A stretch of DNA of 64,000 nt from a virus: positions 24,727-88,726 of IMG/VR virus record IMGVR_UViG_3300034198_004780, one strand, 5' to 3'. Below the pieces are notes generated by a model. That model had not been told where the DNA came from, did not search any database, and saw only the letters and a program-made list of their open reading frames with translations. The position numbers and the translations under genes were made by a program. Of this stretch, positions 47,201-57,017 are shown in pieces (the stretch's first letter is position 1; each line of letters begins with the position of its first letter).

Positions 47201-48578
47201 GACCTTGCTCGTCAAGATATTTGTTTGCTAGTTGAAGTGTTCCAACAAAACTCTGTTGTAATTTTAAATCTTCTGCTGTAGGTTTCCTTCCAAATAATTT
47301 TTGGAACTGTGAAGAAAGATTTTGATCATAGTCACGTTGACTAGGATCTAATAACTGCATTACAGGAATACCATCAATTTCTTTAGGTTGTCCAGTCTCC
47401 GGATCAATGTAAGGCTTATACTTACTACTTATCCCACCACCCTGACCGCTGGCTACAGCAAAACTATAATCACTATCAGTAACTGGTTCTGGACTAATCT
47501 TAGTGCTTTTCTTTAGAACACGGGCAACATACTTGGTGCTGGCTTGTGCGTAAGGTATAGCACGATAGATATACTTGTGGAACACACCTTTAATGCCTGC
47601 GGCCATATCTGTGTAATCAGAACTATGACTAAACTTAAACCAATCTGTAGGTTTAGCAGGCTCTTTACCTGCAGCAGGTTTGTAAGGTCCTAATTCAAAA
47701 TCGACCTGTACTCTAACAGGAGGATCATCTAATTTCCAAAGTCCGGAGAGCGACGCATTAAATCCTAGGAATGTTGCAGGCCCAATTTTCTTACCAATAA
47801 CCGATTTTAACCACTCGCGAACCTGTTCACCAATTTCTTGATCAACTTGTGTATCTATATCGCCCACTTTGGTTTTTTTAAGTTTGTTTAGGAAGTCTTC
47901 GTCTGATACACCTTTGATATTAAAGAATTCTATAGTGCTACCGCTAAGTGCTTCTCTAGTGTTTAGTAATTTTGGATCCCAAATTGGTCTACCATAAGTT
48001 GACTCAAAATTTTGATTCATTGCTACTAATAGTTCATGTATCTTGCCAACCATAAGTGTGCGGTTGTGCAATTTAAGATCTATTTCATCTGCTTTGTGTT
48101 GTCCAGGCGCACCTTGCCAGCCTGGGCTCTGATATGATACATTGCCACCTTCACTAATCGGTTTTAATTTTAAAAATTCTGGATGTGCCTTGTTAAACTC
48201 ACGCATAATAATACCAGCCAATGCATGTGCTTGATTTTCGTCTGGTGAACCAGTAGTACCGTCTATAGCAACATTCCGGCGATGTTGTTTAGCATGCACA
48301 AGTTCGTGTGCTAGAGTTCTCAATATATCTACAGGTTGACGATTTGCCACAGCAAGTTCTAATGCATAGGTTACGTCATTAAATCTACCTTGGGATGGTT
48401 GATCGTCTTGTGTTAATGATTTCTTGAGAATAATTTTAGGTAACTTATCTAATTCAAGAATCTGTTTGGCAGTTGGCAAAAATATTTTTATTATTTCTGT
48501 CAAGTCTGACGGAGTTATCGACTTGGTAACAGTTTGATTATTTTCAGTAGGAGATTGAAAAATATCTCTTAATTTCAT
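44295..48578 (-). CDS. 1,427-aa multidomain protein: zincin-like, Pol-beta-like NTase, ligase-like NTase, HIGH NTase, basic peptides
   Basis: RTLAHELVH; LSGS...VGDIDT; NVKVDG...EGIVI...IKI; IGSFVGHVGH...MVGEDQ. Confidence 0.7.
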   Translation of the reverse strand: MKLRDIFQSPTENNQTVTKSITPSDLTEIIKIFLPTAKQILELDKLPKIILKKSLTQDDQPSQGRFNDVTYALELAVANRQPVDILRTLAHELVHAKQHRRNVAIDGTTGSPDENQAHALAGIIMREFNKAHPEFLKLKPISEGGNVSYQSPGWQGAPGQHKADEIDLKLHNRTLMVGKIHELLVAMNQNFESTYGRPIWDPKLLNTREALSGSTIEFFNIKGVSDEDFLNKLKKTKVGDIDTQVDQEIGEQVREWLKSVIGKKIGPATFLGFNASLSGLWKLDDPPVRVQVDFELGPYKPAAGKEPAKPTDWFKFSHSSDYTDMAAGIKGVFHKYIYRAIPYAQASTKYVARVLKKSTKISPEPVTDSDYSFAVASGQGGGISSKYKPYIDPETGQPKEIDGIPVMQLLDPSQRDYDQNLSSQFQKLFGRKPTAEDLKLQQSFVGTLQLANKYLDEQGREEAAKRFLDICFGPGAQMLTANDPVRDRDTKFAAVDAMLLGGGGITALKIADAKGLRQQAVKMAMDYEQAHESKKKPVTEAIGEAGEDPAVKAQLRKGMPHLRDLKSVDFLDLLDELHQGNGQFQLKNIPLNVKVDGFGGRFGKDKDGKPFMGTSRTEPRYKAGFLDYHQKKGTTDPDVLGRAQLFDQLFEQMMKAIKLVDSKLGPKFLINKQVTCEVLYLPFATQTPEGKLKFVGIHYDKLPDGVELALVPFRVVQGDTGEDLPDSEGVIKALTGIGKGGSVMFIDNSLTQNEALDVTAIVPPLENIEQMKAMLASKKRDQAAEVKAALGPVKQALEDAIIKDPNIIGKDMLGKDYEGIVINSRMGPIKITSQEQRDIIADKNAAKVNARTERPRGENKTAVVAIGSFVGHVGHEQLFDYTVKKAAEVGGDPYLFIGNAVGKDDPIPVDIKVQTWHKLYPKYASNISAVTQAGGTLIQKIKHELINPLPGKPPRYDNVIVMVGEDQAGMNIANALMKAVNKFAGYEHVKVSLEATPRGTGMSFTKLRDILKDPNATPQQQLAVWEKGFDVKKLGRAWIMKLIELTKQGMDVKTPAPTTQQKVAAPVETMAGVGMGNYVVDKSTMESASGVIATKAQANDPRYSMSLTKDVRPGQIEKNLRAFSLTDETMSPDSSFTSSKKNKLGTAGQLKATAKRPARQGDLVGESYNHINFNKIPLEPIWEEQEEDLRQDLLKNPRLFENSTDYKNLQHFLKQHTPKDIQKGNSYVYVSVTSILPAHNLSIVHFAQPYKLVKIENNRAYFNVDGEIKQYPEGNKLDGDLLKSVFLFPSIKEFEKFQTMLGLKFSDWSIKTKTIEQNVDEAKQRLDPKCWKGYRKSGTKMKGGTRVNNCVKIGEGWEEVIANAVDKLLENFADGKKPGRKGLAKRSGVNTKASVSSLRKTAKNSSGEKARMAHWMANMKAGKAKKK

Positions 48579-48973
48579 TTGCTGCCCAAATTGTATTCGT
48601 CTTTAACAATGTCTTGATGATAGTGATCAGTTAGTCTTTTGCAAAGTTCTTTACGCATTTTTATGTCAAATACTTCTTTTGGATCACCTTGAACATCGGT
48701 CTCTTTATAAAATTTAACGCATCCAACATTAACCATAGGCAACCATACTTTCCAATCATGTTCGTCACTATCAGTTTTGTCGTCTAATTTTTGTTTAAGT
48801 GCTTTAGCAGTTGGCATAAAATATTTTTTATGCAGGTCATTGTCATCAAGAATAAACCAAAAGACGTTGTCTGTTAGCTCGGTTTCTTCTTCTTTTTTAA
48901 GAGTGTCGGGATTGGCTGTATCATCTCGATCGGAGTCCTGATTAATATTTCCAAAAAATTCGTATAGTTTCAT
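48575..48973 (-). CDS. Acidic hypothetical protein
   Basis: MKLYEFF start; CTAAATA motif at 49008-49014. Confidence 0.65.
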   Translation of the reverse strand: MKLYEFFGNINQDSDRDDTANPDTLKKEEETELTDNVFWFILDDNDLHKKYFMPTAKALKQKLDDKTDSDEHDWKVWLPMVNVGCVKFYKETDVQGDPKEVFDIKMRKELCKRLTDHYHQDIVKDEYNLGSK

Positions 48974-49037
48974 AGTAGTTTGCTACATCCAAAGTAGTAT
49001 TACCCTGTATTTAGTGTATTTTACATCTAACAAACAG

Positions 49038-49505
49038 TTAAAAATTTATTCTAATTGATCTTAAAGAACCGCGGCTGATGTCTAAACGAGCACGGACCCA
49101 TGCATAATTGCCAGTAAATTCGCAGATATCTGTTTGAGTAGGGTGACTAATAGCTGCACCTGCGCTGGTGATACCGGCACTACCTGTAGTTTCTATTCCT
49201 AGATACCGCTTTCGAGTATCCTCTGTCAGCTCTGTCCAATCACCTTCCCCTGGGTTAGGAGTAGTGCTAACTTGAATAGTGCAGGTGCCCATAAATGCTC
49301 CTTCTACGGTATATGATACACTATGAGTTCTACTGCCTAATCCATAGTATCCCGCTGCTTCTATACGATTACTATAGATAGTAAGTACTGGGTCCGGCTT
49401 TTGTCCGTTGATCATTTGTGGCATGGTAATACCGGGCTGAGTAGTACGTGTATTTTTTGTTGACCACGGGTTGTAAAATTCAAAGGTTTTGCTTAGTGCA
49501 GGCAT
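49038..49505 (-). CDS. Hypothetical beta-rich protein, possibly virion
   Basis: Start at ATG 49505 after AGGA; TTAAATA at 49524-49530. Confidence 0.6.
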   Translation of the reverse strand: MPALSKTFEFYNPWSTKNTRTTQPGITMPQMINGQKPDPVLTIYSNRIEAAGYYGLGSRTHSVSYTVEGAFMGTCTIQVSTTPNPGEGDWTELTEDTRKRYLGIETTGSAGITSAGAAISHPTQTDICEFTGNYAWVRARLDISRGSLRSIRINF

Positions 49506-49522
49506 AATAGTTCCTATATACA

Positions 49523-50194
49523 CTATTTAACTGTTAATTGCATATCACTTATGACAAAATCCTGTATGCTACGCACATGTCCACCTAAAAACAAGGTAAC
49601 TAACAGTAGTTGACTGCGATCAGCAACGTAGACAAATGGGTCTTGGAAGTACGGACTACCATTTCCTAACCATTTAATTGTACCAGCACTGGCCTGTATG
49701 GTGCCTTCATAGTTTTTTAACCATTCTAAAAAGCTAGTTCTTTGCCAGGGTGGCATACGATATCGAATATACACACGATGCCGATACTTACCGTGCGGAT
49801 AATCATTACACAGAATTATTTTAGAACCATTTTCTAGTGCTGCTAGGTCAGTGTTTCCGCTAGGTTTAGATACACTAACAACATACTTTTCGAGGCTATC
49901 TAATATGTTGTTATATAGATTTATATCATTAAGATAAAAACTTAAGGTATCCCATTCTGCTCGTATCTGTAGATCGCCTGTTATAAAGGGTTCAACCTTG
50001 ATGATAAAATCCAGCAGATTCTTTTTAGCAACCTCAGAATAATTGCGAGAATAACGGCCAGTGTTGTCGTCTATACAGAATTTACGAGCTTCATTAATAC
50101 CCCAACGCTTGACTAAACTAGCGCCGGGTACCGATGTTTCAATGCGATAAGCCCATTTTTTAAAATAGAGTTTGTTAGTCTGATAGACTTTCAT
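49523..50194 (-). CDS. Hypothetical protein
   Basis: 223-aa ORF overlapping the clpA end. Confidence 0.65.
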   Translation of the reverse strand: MKVYQTNKLYFKKWAYRIETSVPGASLVKRWGINEARKFCIDDNTGRYSRNYSEVAKKNLLDFIIKVEPFITGDLQIRAEWDTLSFYLNDINLYNNILDSLEKYVVSVSKPSGNTDLAALENGSKIILCNDYPHGKYRHRVYIRYRMPPWQRTSFLEWLKNYEGTIQASAGTIKWLGNGSPYFQDPFVYVADRSQLLLVTLFLGGHVRSIQDFVISDMQLTVK

Positions 50195-52454
50195 TATCTT
50201 CTACTTCAACAACCTTGACTTTTTCACTTAACACTTCGATAAAGTTAAATGTAAATTGTCCATCTTCTACAGCAATCTCAACTATGCCACCGTTGACTAG
50301 TTTGCCAAACAGGATTTCTTTAGAAAGAGGTTTTTTAATGTGTTCATCAATGGCACGAGCCAGTGGTCGAGCACCCATCTTCTTATTAAAGCCTTTCTTG
50401 ATCAGCAACTCAACCGCTTCTGCTGTAGGTTTAACATGAACATTCTTTTCTTTAATCTGTGCGTTAAGTTCGTCAAGGAACTTCTTAACAATTTTAATCA
50501 TGGTAGTCTGTTCCAACTTACCAAACTGAATAATGCTATCTAAACGATTGCGAAATTCTGGTTTAAAGTATGAGTTAATAGCACTTGTAGCATCGCCATC
50601 ACGCTCAAGACTACCAAAGCCAACACCGTTCTTCTCAGCATCACTAGCACCCAAATTACTTGTTAGAATAACAATAGCATTACGTCCATCTGCTTTCTTA
50701 CCATTGCTTCCGGTAACAAAACCATTGTCCATCAAGCCTAACAAGACATTGCTAACACTTGGATGAGCTTTTTCAATTTCATCTAACAATAGGATACAGT
50801 TTGGATTCTCTTGCAGTTGTGTAACAAGTTGTCCGGCATTGTCTTCAAATCCTACATATCCTGGGGGCGCACCGATAAATTTAGCAACAGAATGCTGTTC
50901 TTGGAACTCACTCATATCAAAGCGTACTAGTTTGACTCCGAGGCTCTCGGCCAAGACCTTTGCAGTCTCTGTCTTACCACATCCGGTCGGCCCAGTAAAC
51001 AGAAAATTACCTACAGGTTTGTTTAGTGACTTTAGTCCAGCTTGCGAAATATAAATCTTATCTAGCAAAATATCAATTGCTTTATCTTGTCCAAATACTT
51101 TACCATGCATATTCTTGTCAAGATTCTTAAGATTATTGTTTTCTTTAGCCGCAACCTGCTCTAATGGCAAGTTTGATTGTTTGGCAACTTCAAACATGAT
51201 TTCATCGTGATCCACTGTGCCGCCGTCTTCGTCGCGTACTTTAAATCGAGCACACGCACAATCAATCAAATCAATTGCTTTGTCTGGGAGTTTTTTATCA
51301 GTCATGTATTTGATAGAATACCTAACACTATCGACTACAGCCTGCTTGGTAATCTTAACACCGTGGTGTTTTTCGTAGTACTTTTTAAGACCATTGATAA
51401 TCTTAATTGCCACTGCTTCTGAAGGTTCGTCAACTGTAACACGTTGGAAACGACGCATTAACGCACGATCCTTCTCAAAGTGCTTGCGGAACTCTTCCCA
51501 AGTAGTTGAAGCAATAACCTTTAGGGTACCTTTGCCTAATGCCGGTTTAAGCATGTTGGCCATGTCGTTAGATCCGCCACCTACTGCTCCAGCACCGCTC
51601 ATCATGTGTGCTTCGTCAATAAAAATAATACATTTCTTTTTCTTTTCTAGAGCAGTGATAACCATCTTTAGGCGTTCTTCAAAATCACCACGATACTTGG
51701 ATCCGGCTAACATAGCTGAGATATCCAAGTTATAAACAGTATGATCCTTCAAATATTTTGGAACAGCACCTTCGACAATTTTGCGAGCAAGTCCTTCAGC
51801 GATTGCAGTCTTACCTACACCGGGGTCGCCAATCATCATCACGTTGCTCTTAGAGCGACGTGCTAGTACCAATTGAATCTCTTCAATTTCTTTTTCACGT
51901 CCAATAACTGGATCAATTTTTTTCTGTTTAACTTTGTTGTTTAAGTTGACACAATACTGTACAATCATTTTTTCAAACTGCGCACTGTTAACTTCGTCTG
52001 TTTCTGAATCAACATTCTTGGGAGCAACCTGATCCATGAAATCAATAAACGCATCTTTTTCTATTTTGGCTTGACGTAAAAAGTGTGCGGCATGACTTTT
52101 CTTTTCTGAGAACAAACTAATAAAGCAATCTTTAGGTTCAATTGTAGAACGGCCAGCAAATAACACTTGTGTAAACGCACGATTCAACATGCGTTCCATT
52201 GAGTGTGTCTTGCGTGGACGTACATCTGATTCTTCCAGGGCAATATCCTTAAGATCTTCATTGATAAATTTTTCAAGACTATCTTTGAGAAGATCTAAGT
52301 CTGCTCCAAAGTCTCCTAAAAGTTGTTCAAATTTTGAATCAACAATTAGGCTATATAGGAAATGCTCTAAAGTAATATATTCGTGCCGATTTTTAGTCGC
52401 CAATTTAATAGCACGTTCAAAGATTACTTCTAAATCTGAATTTGGTTCTAACAT
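50175..52454 (-). CDS. clpA: ClpA-type Hsp100 AAA+ unfoldase
   Basis: Clp N-domain, GDPGVGKT and GPTGCGKT, no M-domain, GVGFG ClpP-docking-type loop, MGARPL; start at MLEP. Confidence 0.9.
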   Translation of the reverse strand: MLEPNSDLEVIFERAIKLATKNRHEYITLEHFLYSLIVDSKFEQLLGDFGADLDLLKDSLEKFINEDLKDIALEESDVRPRKTHSMERMLNRAFTQVLFAGRSTIEPKDCFISLFSEKKSHAAHFLRQAKIEKDAFIDFMDQVAPKNVDSETDEVNSAQFEKMIVQYCVNLNNKVKQKKIDPVIGREKEIEEIQLVLARRSKSNVMMIGDPGVGKTAIAEGLARKIVEGAVPKYLKDHTVYNLDISAMLAGSKYRGDFEERLKMVITALEKKKKCIIFIDEAHMMSGAGAVGGGSNDMANMLKPALGKGTLKVIASTTWEEFRKHFEKDRALMRRFQRVTVDEPSEAVAIKIINGLKKYYEKHHGVKITKQAVVDSVRYSIKYMTDKKLPDKAIDLIDCACARFKVRDEDGGTVDHDEIMFEVAKQSNLPLEQVAAKENNNLKNLDKNMHGKVFGQDKAIDILLDKIYISQAGLKSLNKPVGNFLFTGPTGCGKTETAKVLAESLGVKLVRFDMSEFQEQHSVAKFIGAPPGYVGFEDNAGQLVTQLQENPNCILLLDEIEKAHPSVSNVLLGLMDNGFVTGSNGKKADGRNAIVILTSNLGASDAEKNGVGFGSLERDGDATSAINSYFKPEFRNRLDSIIQFGKLEQTTMIKIVKKFLDELNAQIKEKNVHVKPTAEAVELLIKKGFNKKMGARPLARAIDEHIKKPLSKEILFGKLVNGGIVEIAVEDGQFTFNFIEVLSEKVKVVEVEDNESLSD

Positions 52455-52455
52455 T

Positions 52456-52944
52456 TCATTTCCTTTTTGATTTTTTAACACCAAGTGCCCATTTTACTGG
52501 ACTAACCCTGTCTTGAAAAACAATACCTTCTAAATGATCTAACTCATGTAGAAAGCACTTACACTCGTAACCTTCTAACTTTGCTTCTTTTATTTCACCT
52601 AGGCTATTTTGCCAACGTGCCTTAATTGCTGTAGGTCTTTTTATATTAACAAAAATTCCAGGAAAACTCAAACATCCTTCCTCCATATCAGCAATGTCTT
52701 CTGTATTAGCAACAACTTCTGGATTAAAAAATGCCATTCCGGGTTCTGGACTATCTTTATGCCCCATGACAAATACTCGGGCTTCGATACCGACTTGATT
52801 GGCAGCAAGTCCGATGCCGTCATACTGCAACATGGTTTTGATCATGTCTTTTTCTAATTGTACAGGATCGTGGCTAGGATTAGCAAAATCAAAGTTTGGA
52901 ATCTGTTTTCTCAGTATAGGGTTAGGAAATTTTACAATGTTCAT
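52456..52944 (-). CDS. def: Peptide deformylase
   Basis: GIGLAANQ, EGCLS, HELDH. Confidence 0.95.
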   Translation of the reverse strand: MNIVKFPNPILRKQIPNFDFANPSHDPVQLEKDMIKTMLQYDGIGLAANQVGIEARVFVMGHKDSPEPGMAFFNPEVVANTEDIADMEEGCLSFPGIFVNIKRPTAIKARWQNSLGEIKEAKLEGYECKCFLHELDHLEGIVFQDRVSPVKWALGVKKSKRK

Positions 52945-53756
52945 TTTATATTTAATTGTCGTAGATTACTTTTCTGTTCTTCTGATAATGTTGGAATTTT
53001 AATTTTAATTCTAATCAATAATCTACCGCGACGTGTGTGATTATTAAAGTTAGGCATTCCGTGTCCGTTTAGACTTAAAATAGCATCGTGTTGTACGCCA
53101 GCAGGTATGTTGGTTTCTAATTGTTTACCATCAATGCCTTTGACAGTGATAGTCCCACCTAACAAGGCATCAAAACAATCAATTACATGTTCTTGTATTA
53201 GGTCATCGCCTTGCCTTTTGAAAACTGGATGGTTTTGTATTTGTACTGACAACAACATATCTCCGCGAGGAGCACCAATTTGTGAGTCATCACCCATGCC
53301 CTGCAATTTTAGTGTGGTGCCTTCGTGAATACCTTTGGGAATAGTAATATTAACAGTCTGCTCATGTCCGCTGGGCAGTGTCACCGAAGCCAGCATTTCT
53401 TTACCGTAAAACGCTTCTTCTAGACTAATTGCTGTTTGTAATTGAATATTGCGATTACCTTGCGGTCTACGCTGATGGAATCCAAAGATGTCACCAAACG
53501 GTGACCCCTGTCCAAAGAACTGCTCAAAGCCTTCAGGGCCGTGAAAATGGAATCCACCCTGTGGTGCAGGATTATCGTATTGTGATCGTTTGTTGGGATC
53601 GCTTAAGGTAGCGTAGGCTGCTTGGATCTCTTGAAACTTGCCAGCATCTCCACCGCGGTCAGGATGGTGCTTCATAGCCGCAGAACGATAGGCACGTTTA
53701 ATCTCGTCGTCTGTTGCGGTTCGGGATACACCTAGGGTTTCGTAATAATTGCTCAT
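52941..53756 (-). CDS. dnaJ: Class B J-domain protein (DnaJ/CbpA-like)
   Basis: HPD motif, G/F region, C-terminal domains, no zinc finger. Confidence 0.92.
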   Translation of the reverse strand: MSNYYETLGVSRTATDDEIKRAYRSAAMKHHPDRGGDAGKFQEIQAAYATLSDPNKRSQYDNPAPQGGFHFHGPEGFEQFFGQGSPFGDIFGFHQRRPQGNRNIQLQTAISLEEAFYGKEMLASVTLPSGHEQTVNITIPKGIHEGTTLKLQGMGDDSQIGAPRGDMLLSVQIQNHPVFKRQGDDLIQEHVIDCFDALLGGTITVKGIDGKQLETNIPAGVQHDAILSLNGHGMPNFNNHTRRGRLLIRIKIKIPTLSEEQKSNLRQLNIK

Positions 53757-53768
53757 AGTAATATATTA

Positions 53769-53797
53769 ATTATACTACTTTAGTTGAGTTATGTCAA
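53769..53797 (-). promoter_or_regulatory. Sigma70-type promoter for dnaJ-def-clpA
   Basis: TTGACA-17 nt-TATAAT. Confidence 0.85.
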
Positions 53798-54105
53798 CTA
53801 TTTGGAGGAGGTGCGTCAATACCTTGATTCATTGCGGTGATCTTTTCTTGTCCACGACTCCAAGCCGCAACACCCAAAACAGCACCCATGGCCATATGGA
53901 ACAAACCGCCACCTTTAAGTGTTAAAGGCTCCCATTCGGTAGCAACAACACCTTGTTGATCATATGCTTGTATGGCGGTCCACAAGATTGGAAAAATAAT
54001 AAAATCAAATATACACACAGTCATGTACATCCATCCCATCATTGGACGCCATTTTGCAGATACCCAATCGTTAGTTGGTGCCGCAGTAGATTGGTGTATA
54101 GTCAT
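53794..54105 (-). CDS. Putative holin (3TM/GTA-holin-like)
   Basis: WRPMMGW motif, hydrophobic segments, adjacent to spanins. Confidence 0.65.
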   Translation of the reverse strand: MTIHQSTAAPTNDWVSAKWRPMMGWMYMTVCIFDFIIFPILWTAIQAYDQQGVVATEWEPLTLKGGGLFHMAMGAVLGVAAWSRGQEKITAMNQGIDAPPPNS

Positions 54106-54368
54106 TATTTTGCGCTCTCAAAAATTTTCTTTTGGTCTATATACCATTGTTGCCAGCCACGTAACTGATTGGCAATTTCATTGTATATTCCGTAGTTTTC
54201 TATCACTGTGTCAAATATTATACTTGCACTGGCACCTGCTGGAATTTCTTTTAGTTCTGGCGGCGGTGTTTGTAGTGTGTCGCTGGCCTTGGGAAAGTTC
54301 TGGGCTACCGGAACAGTTACGCATCCAACTAGTCCAATCACACACAGAGCAATTAGCAGGTGTTTCAC
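54105..54368 (-). CDS. Putative o-spanin lipoprotein
   Basis: Signal peptide with LVGC lipobox, Pro-rich segment. Confidence 0.7.
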   Translation of the reverse strand: MKHLLIALCVIGLVGCVTVPVAQNFPKASDTLQTPPPELKEIPAGASASIIFDTVIENYGIYNEIANQLRGWQQWYIDQKKIFESAK

Positions 54369-54811
54369 TTAACAGTCTCCTTACGATTCTTTGCAGCATC
54401 GTTTAACACATCAATTACAGCCTGGTCTACAGAACACTGTCGGTTTAATTGATCTGCTAATTCTTGTAATCGCTTTTTATTAGTTTCAGTAATGTCTTTA
54501 ATTCGAACCTGTTCTCGAAGAATCTGCTCTGCTAATCGAGTATTAGCTTCTGCGGATGCAGTTTCCGAACGGCTGATCTTTAATTCCATAGCGGCGATGC
54601 GAATCTTGTATTCAGCATCTTTGGCAATACCACCTTCATACCAAACCGCAACCACAGTTAGGATAATACCAGCAACTTGAATAGGAAGTTTATATTGTGA
54701 TACAAATGGAATAGCAGTAAGTACAAAGCTAACAGCAATAGTCAGCAATCCCACTAATAACATTAGGTGAAATACAAAATCAGGAAGCCAGTTTAAGATC
54801 CACATTACCAT
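54365..54811 (-). CDS. Putative i-spanin
   Basis: N-terminal TM segments, coiled coil, C-terminal Cys; overlaps the lipoprotein gene. Confidence 0.65.
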   Translation of the reverse strand: MVMWILNWLPDFVFHLMLLVGLLTIAVSFVLTAIPFVSQYKLPIQVAGIILTVVAVWYEGGIAKDAEYKIRIAAMELKISRSETASAEANTRLAEQILREQVRIKDITETNKKRLQELADQLNRQCSVDQAVIDVLNDAAKNRKETVK

Positions 54812-55548
54812 TTACTCTTTTGTAAAATAACAGCACGATCGCCATTACGGATTAAGAAATGATCTTCAATTTTGTTAATATCGTAATTGCCTAGATACTT
54901 GTTTAGGTATAATACTTGACCTCTGCTGGATTCGTCTAATTGAATAGCACCTTGTAGGGCTTGCTTTAATGTATTATATTCGCCTATGGCAATTAGTTTA
55001 GCAGTTAACGGCTCAGCATATGGTTTCTTAAAAGTAATATTGCGGCCTTCACCCATTTCAACTTCTGTAGCACCTTGATCAAAAAAGTCCGCAGCTTCTT
55101 CTGATTCGGCACCTTCAATGCTTCTATCGTACTCTTTTGGCGTTAGCGGAACAGTATCTGTAATTGATTCTTCGCTAAAATTGTGACCACCAATATCGCG
55201 ATACCAACGGAACCGCCAATCAGTGCAATCACATAATTGACTAATGCCGTTTATTAAATCTTTAATTTGAGCAGGAGCATGTTTTGTACGTTCTAATTCT
55301 ACAAATATACTATAGTTGCCATCACGCTCTTCACCGGAGCTAACATCGGCATCTAATATAAAATTATAACCCTTTTCAATAAATTCCATTAGGTCCTGGG
55401 CTGGCTCTTTATCAACAGCGCGGAATCTTAAAACAATAACATCTCGATCCTCGCCCATTTTACTGCCGTATTGATCTATAGTAAAAAGATTATCCACTGT
55501 GTCTTTAAGGTCGCCTCTACGTAGGCCTTCAGTTAACTTATTGTCCAC
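54805..55548 (-). CDS. Hypothetical protein
   Basis: Probable start GTG 55548 overlapping the upstream stop. Confidence 0.6.
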   Translation of the reverse strand: MDNKLTEGLRRGDLKDTVDNLFTIDQYGSKMGEDRDVIVLRFRAVDKEPAQDLMEFIEKGYNFILDADVSSGEERDGNYSIFVELERTKHAPAQIKDLINGISQLCDCTDWRFRWYRDIGGHNFSEESITDTVPLTPKEYDRSIEGAESEEAADFFDQGATEVEMGEGRNITFKKPYAEPLTAKLIAIGEYNTLKQALQGAIQLDESSRGQVLYLNKYLGNYDINKIEDHFLIRNGDRAVILQKSKW

Positions 55549-56083
55549 TTGGAGCCACCGGTTCTGGAATTGTGTCATTTGGCATTGCCTCTGTTGCTGC
55601 CGCATCTGCGGTCATTGCTGTGTTAGGATCGAAGTCAATATGATCTCGAATGTATTTACTTTGTTGACGCTTCTGACCTTGGTAGATATCCTGCATTAAT
55701 TTTTTAGGTATGGTAATTGAAACAATCCAAACAGGGAGTGCATCAATCTTGCCTTTCTTTGTGCCAGGACGGAAGTCGCTTGCCTTATAAACTTTACGTG
55801 GAACCAACAGGTCTTGTTGTTGATATGTGACTTTACAACCGTAGTCTAATAATCGTGAAGCGCCGACTGGGTCTGGCATATTTTCGTATGGCCACATAAA
55901 TTTGCATGTTACTGAATGTCTATGCATCTCTGGACCTATAACTAGTTCACCATCTTCCCAGTTTCTATATACGTATAAATCTAGGTCGTCGATGACACGT
56001 TCAAAATCCTTAAGAATTTTAAACGCAGAGTCATTAGTTGTTAGTGTTTCGATGTTTTTAATTATATCTACAATATCATGCAT
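55538..56083 (-). CDS. Hypothetical protein, probably late
   Basis: 181 aa; ATAAATA at 56105-56111. Confidence 0.65.
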   Translation of the reverse strand: MHDIVDIIKNIETLTTNDSAFKILKDFERVIDDLDLYVYRNWEDGELVIGPEMHRHSVTCKFMWPYENMPDPVGASRLLDYGCKVTYQQQDLLVPRKVYKASDFRPGTKKGKIDALPVWIVSITIPKKLMQDIYQGQKRQQSKYIRDHIDFDPNTAMTADAAATEAMPNDTIPEPVAPSGQ

Positions 56084-56199
56084 AAGAGCTCTCGGTTGAC
56101 TTAGTATTTATGCTATTCAAAATAACGGCATTTGAAATGGTTTTTTTGAAATACCTGATAACTATATTATGCAGGTCTCCCAACTAATGGAGGTTAGAT

Positions 56200-56949
56200 T
56201 TGTCTAGAAACAACGCAAAACGACGTAATCCTCAGCAGAGCACACGTCATAACGACAGTCAAAACTTAATTGAAATCAACACTTATTTCAAAAAACAATC
56301 GCAGGTCCACATAGTTCCACGCAATACATCGCAGGAACGCTACCTAGAACTACTAAAAAACCCTAAAAAGTTCATCGTTTTTGCCATCGGCCCAGCCGGA
56401 ACTGGCAAGACTATGCTCGGGGTTCAAATGGCCATCAAACAATTAAAAGAGGGGGTGATTGATAAGATTGTAGTTACCCGGCCGGCAGTTAGCGTGGATG
56501 AGGAACATGGTTTCCTCCCAGGAACATTGAATCAAAAAATGGAACCCTGGACTAAGCCGATTATGGATGTATTCCAAGAGTATTATCACACTAAACAGAT
56601 AGCAGAAATGCTAGAAGAAGGTATTATAGAAATCTCCCCGCTGGCATATATGCGCGGTCGTACGTTCAAGAACGCTTTTATCGTTGCAGATGAAATGCAG
56701 AACGCAACACCTAGCCAGATGAAGATGCTACTCACACGTTTGGGCGAAGGCTCGCGTATGGTAGTTACAGGAGATTTGAATCAAGCAGATCGTCCACGTG
56801 AAAACGGATTGCTAGAATTCTGCAGTTTATACGGCCAAGGAGGTGACTATCGTATGATTGCTATGGCGAGGTTTGAAACTAAGGACATCGAGAGACATCC
56901 AGTGGTAAAAGAAGTTCTATCTATCTATAAGGAAACCGATAGCGAATAA
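56200..56949 (+). CDS. phoH: PhoH-family ATPase
   Basis: GPAGTGKT, RPAV, GFLPG, YMRGRTF, DEMQN, GDLNQAD; TTG start with GGAGG. Confidence 0.95.
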   Translation: MSRNNAKRRNPQQSTRHNDSQNLIEINTYFKKQSQVHIVPRNTSQERYLELLKNPKKFIVFAIGPAGTGKTMLGVQMAIKQLKEGVIDKIVVTRPAVSVDEEHGFLPGTLNQKMEPWTKPIMDVFQEYYHTKQIAEMLEEGIIEISPLAYMRGRTFKNAFIVADEMQNATPSQMKMLLTRLGEGSRMVVTGDLNQADRPRENGLLEFCSLYGQGGDYRMIAMARFETKDIERHPVVKEVLSIYKETDSE

Positions 56950-56969
56950 AACACTCAACAAAATTTAAT

Positions 56970-57015
56970 AAAAACCGCATACATACGACCTGCAAAATCG
57001 TGTATGCGGTTTTTT
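56970..57015. terminator. Bidirectional terminator
   Basis: AAAAACCGCATACA...TGTATGCGGTTTTT between convergent genes. Confidence 0.85.
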
Positions 57016-57017
57016 AA

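Noticed and set aside
56127-56200. TTGAAAT direct repeat and CTCC/GGAG hairpin upstream of phoH as a Pho box or switch
   Set aside because: Does not match the 11-bp-periodic Pho box; the 4-bp hairpin is too weak to support alone.
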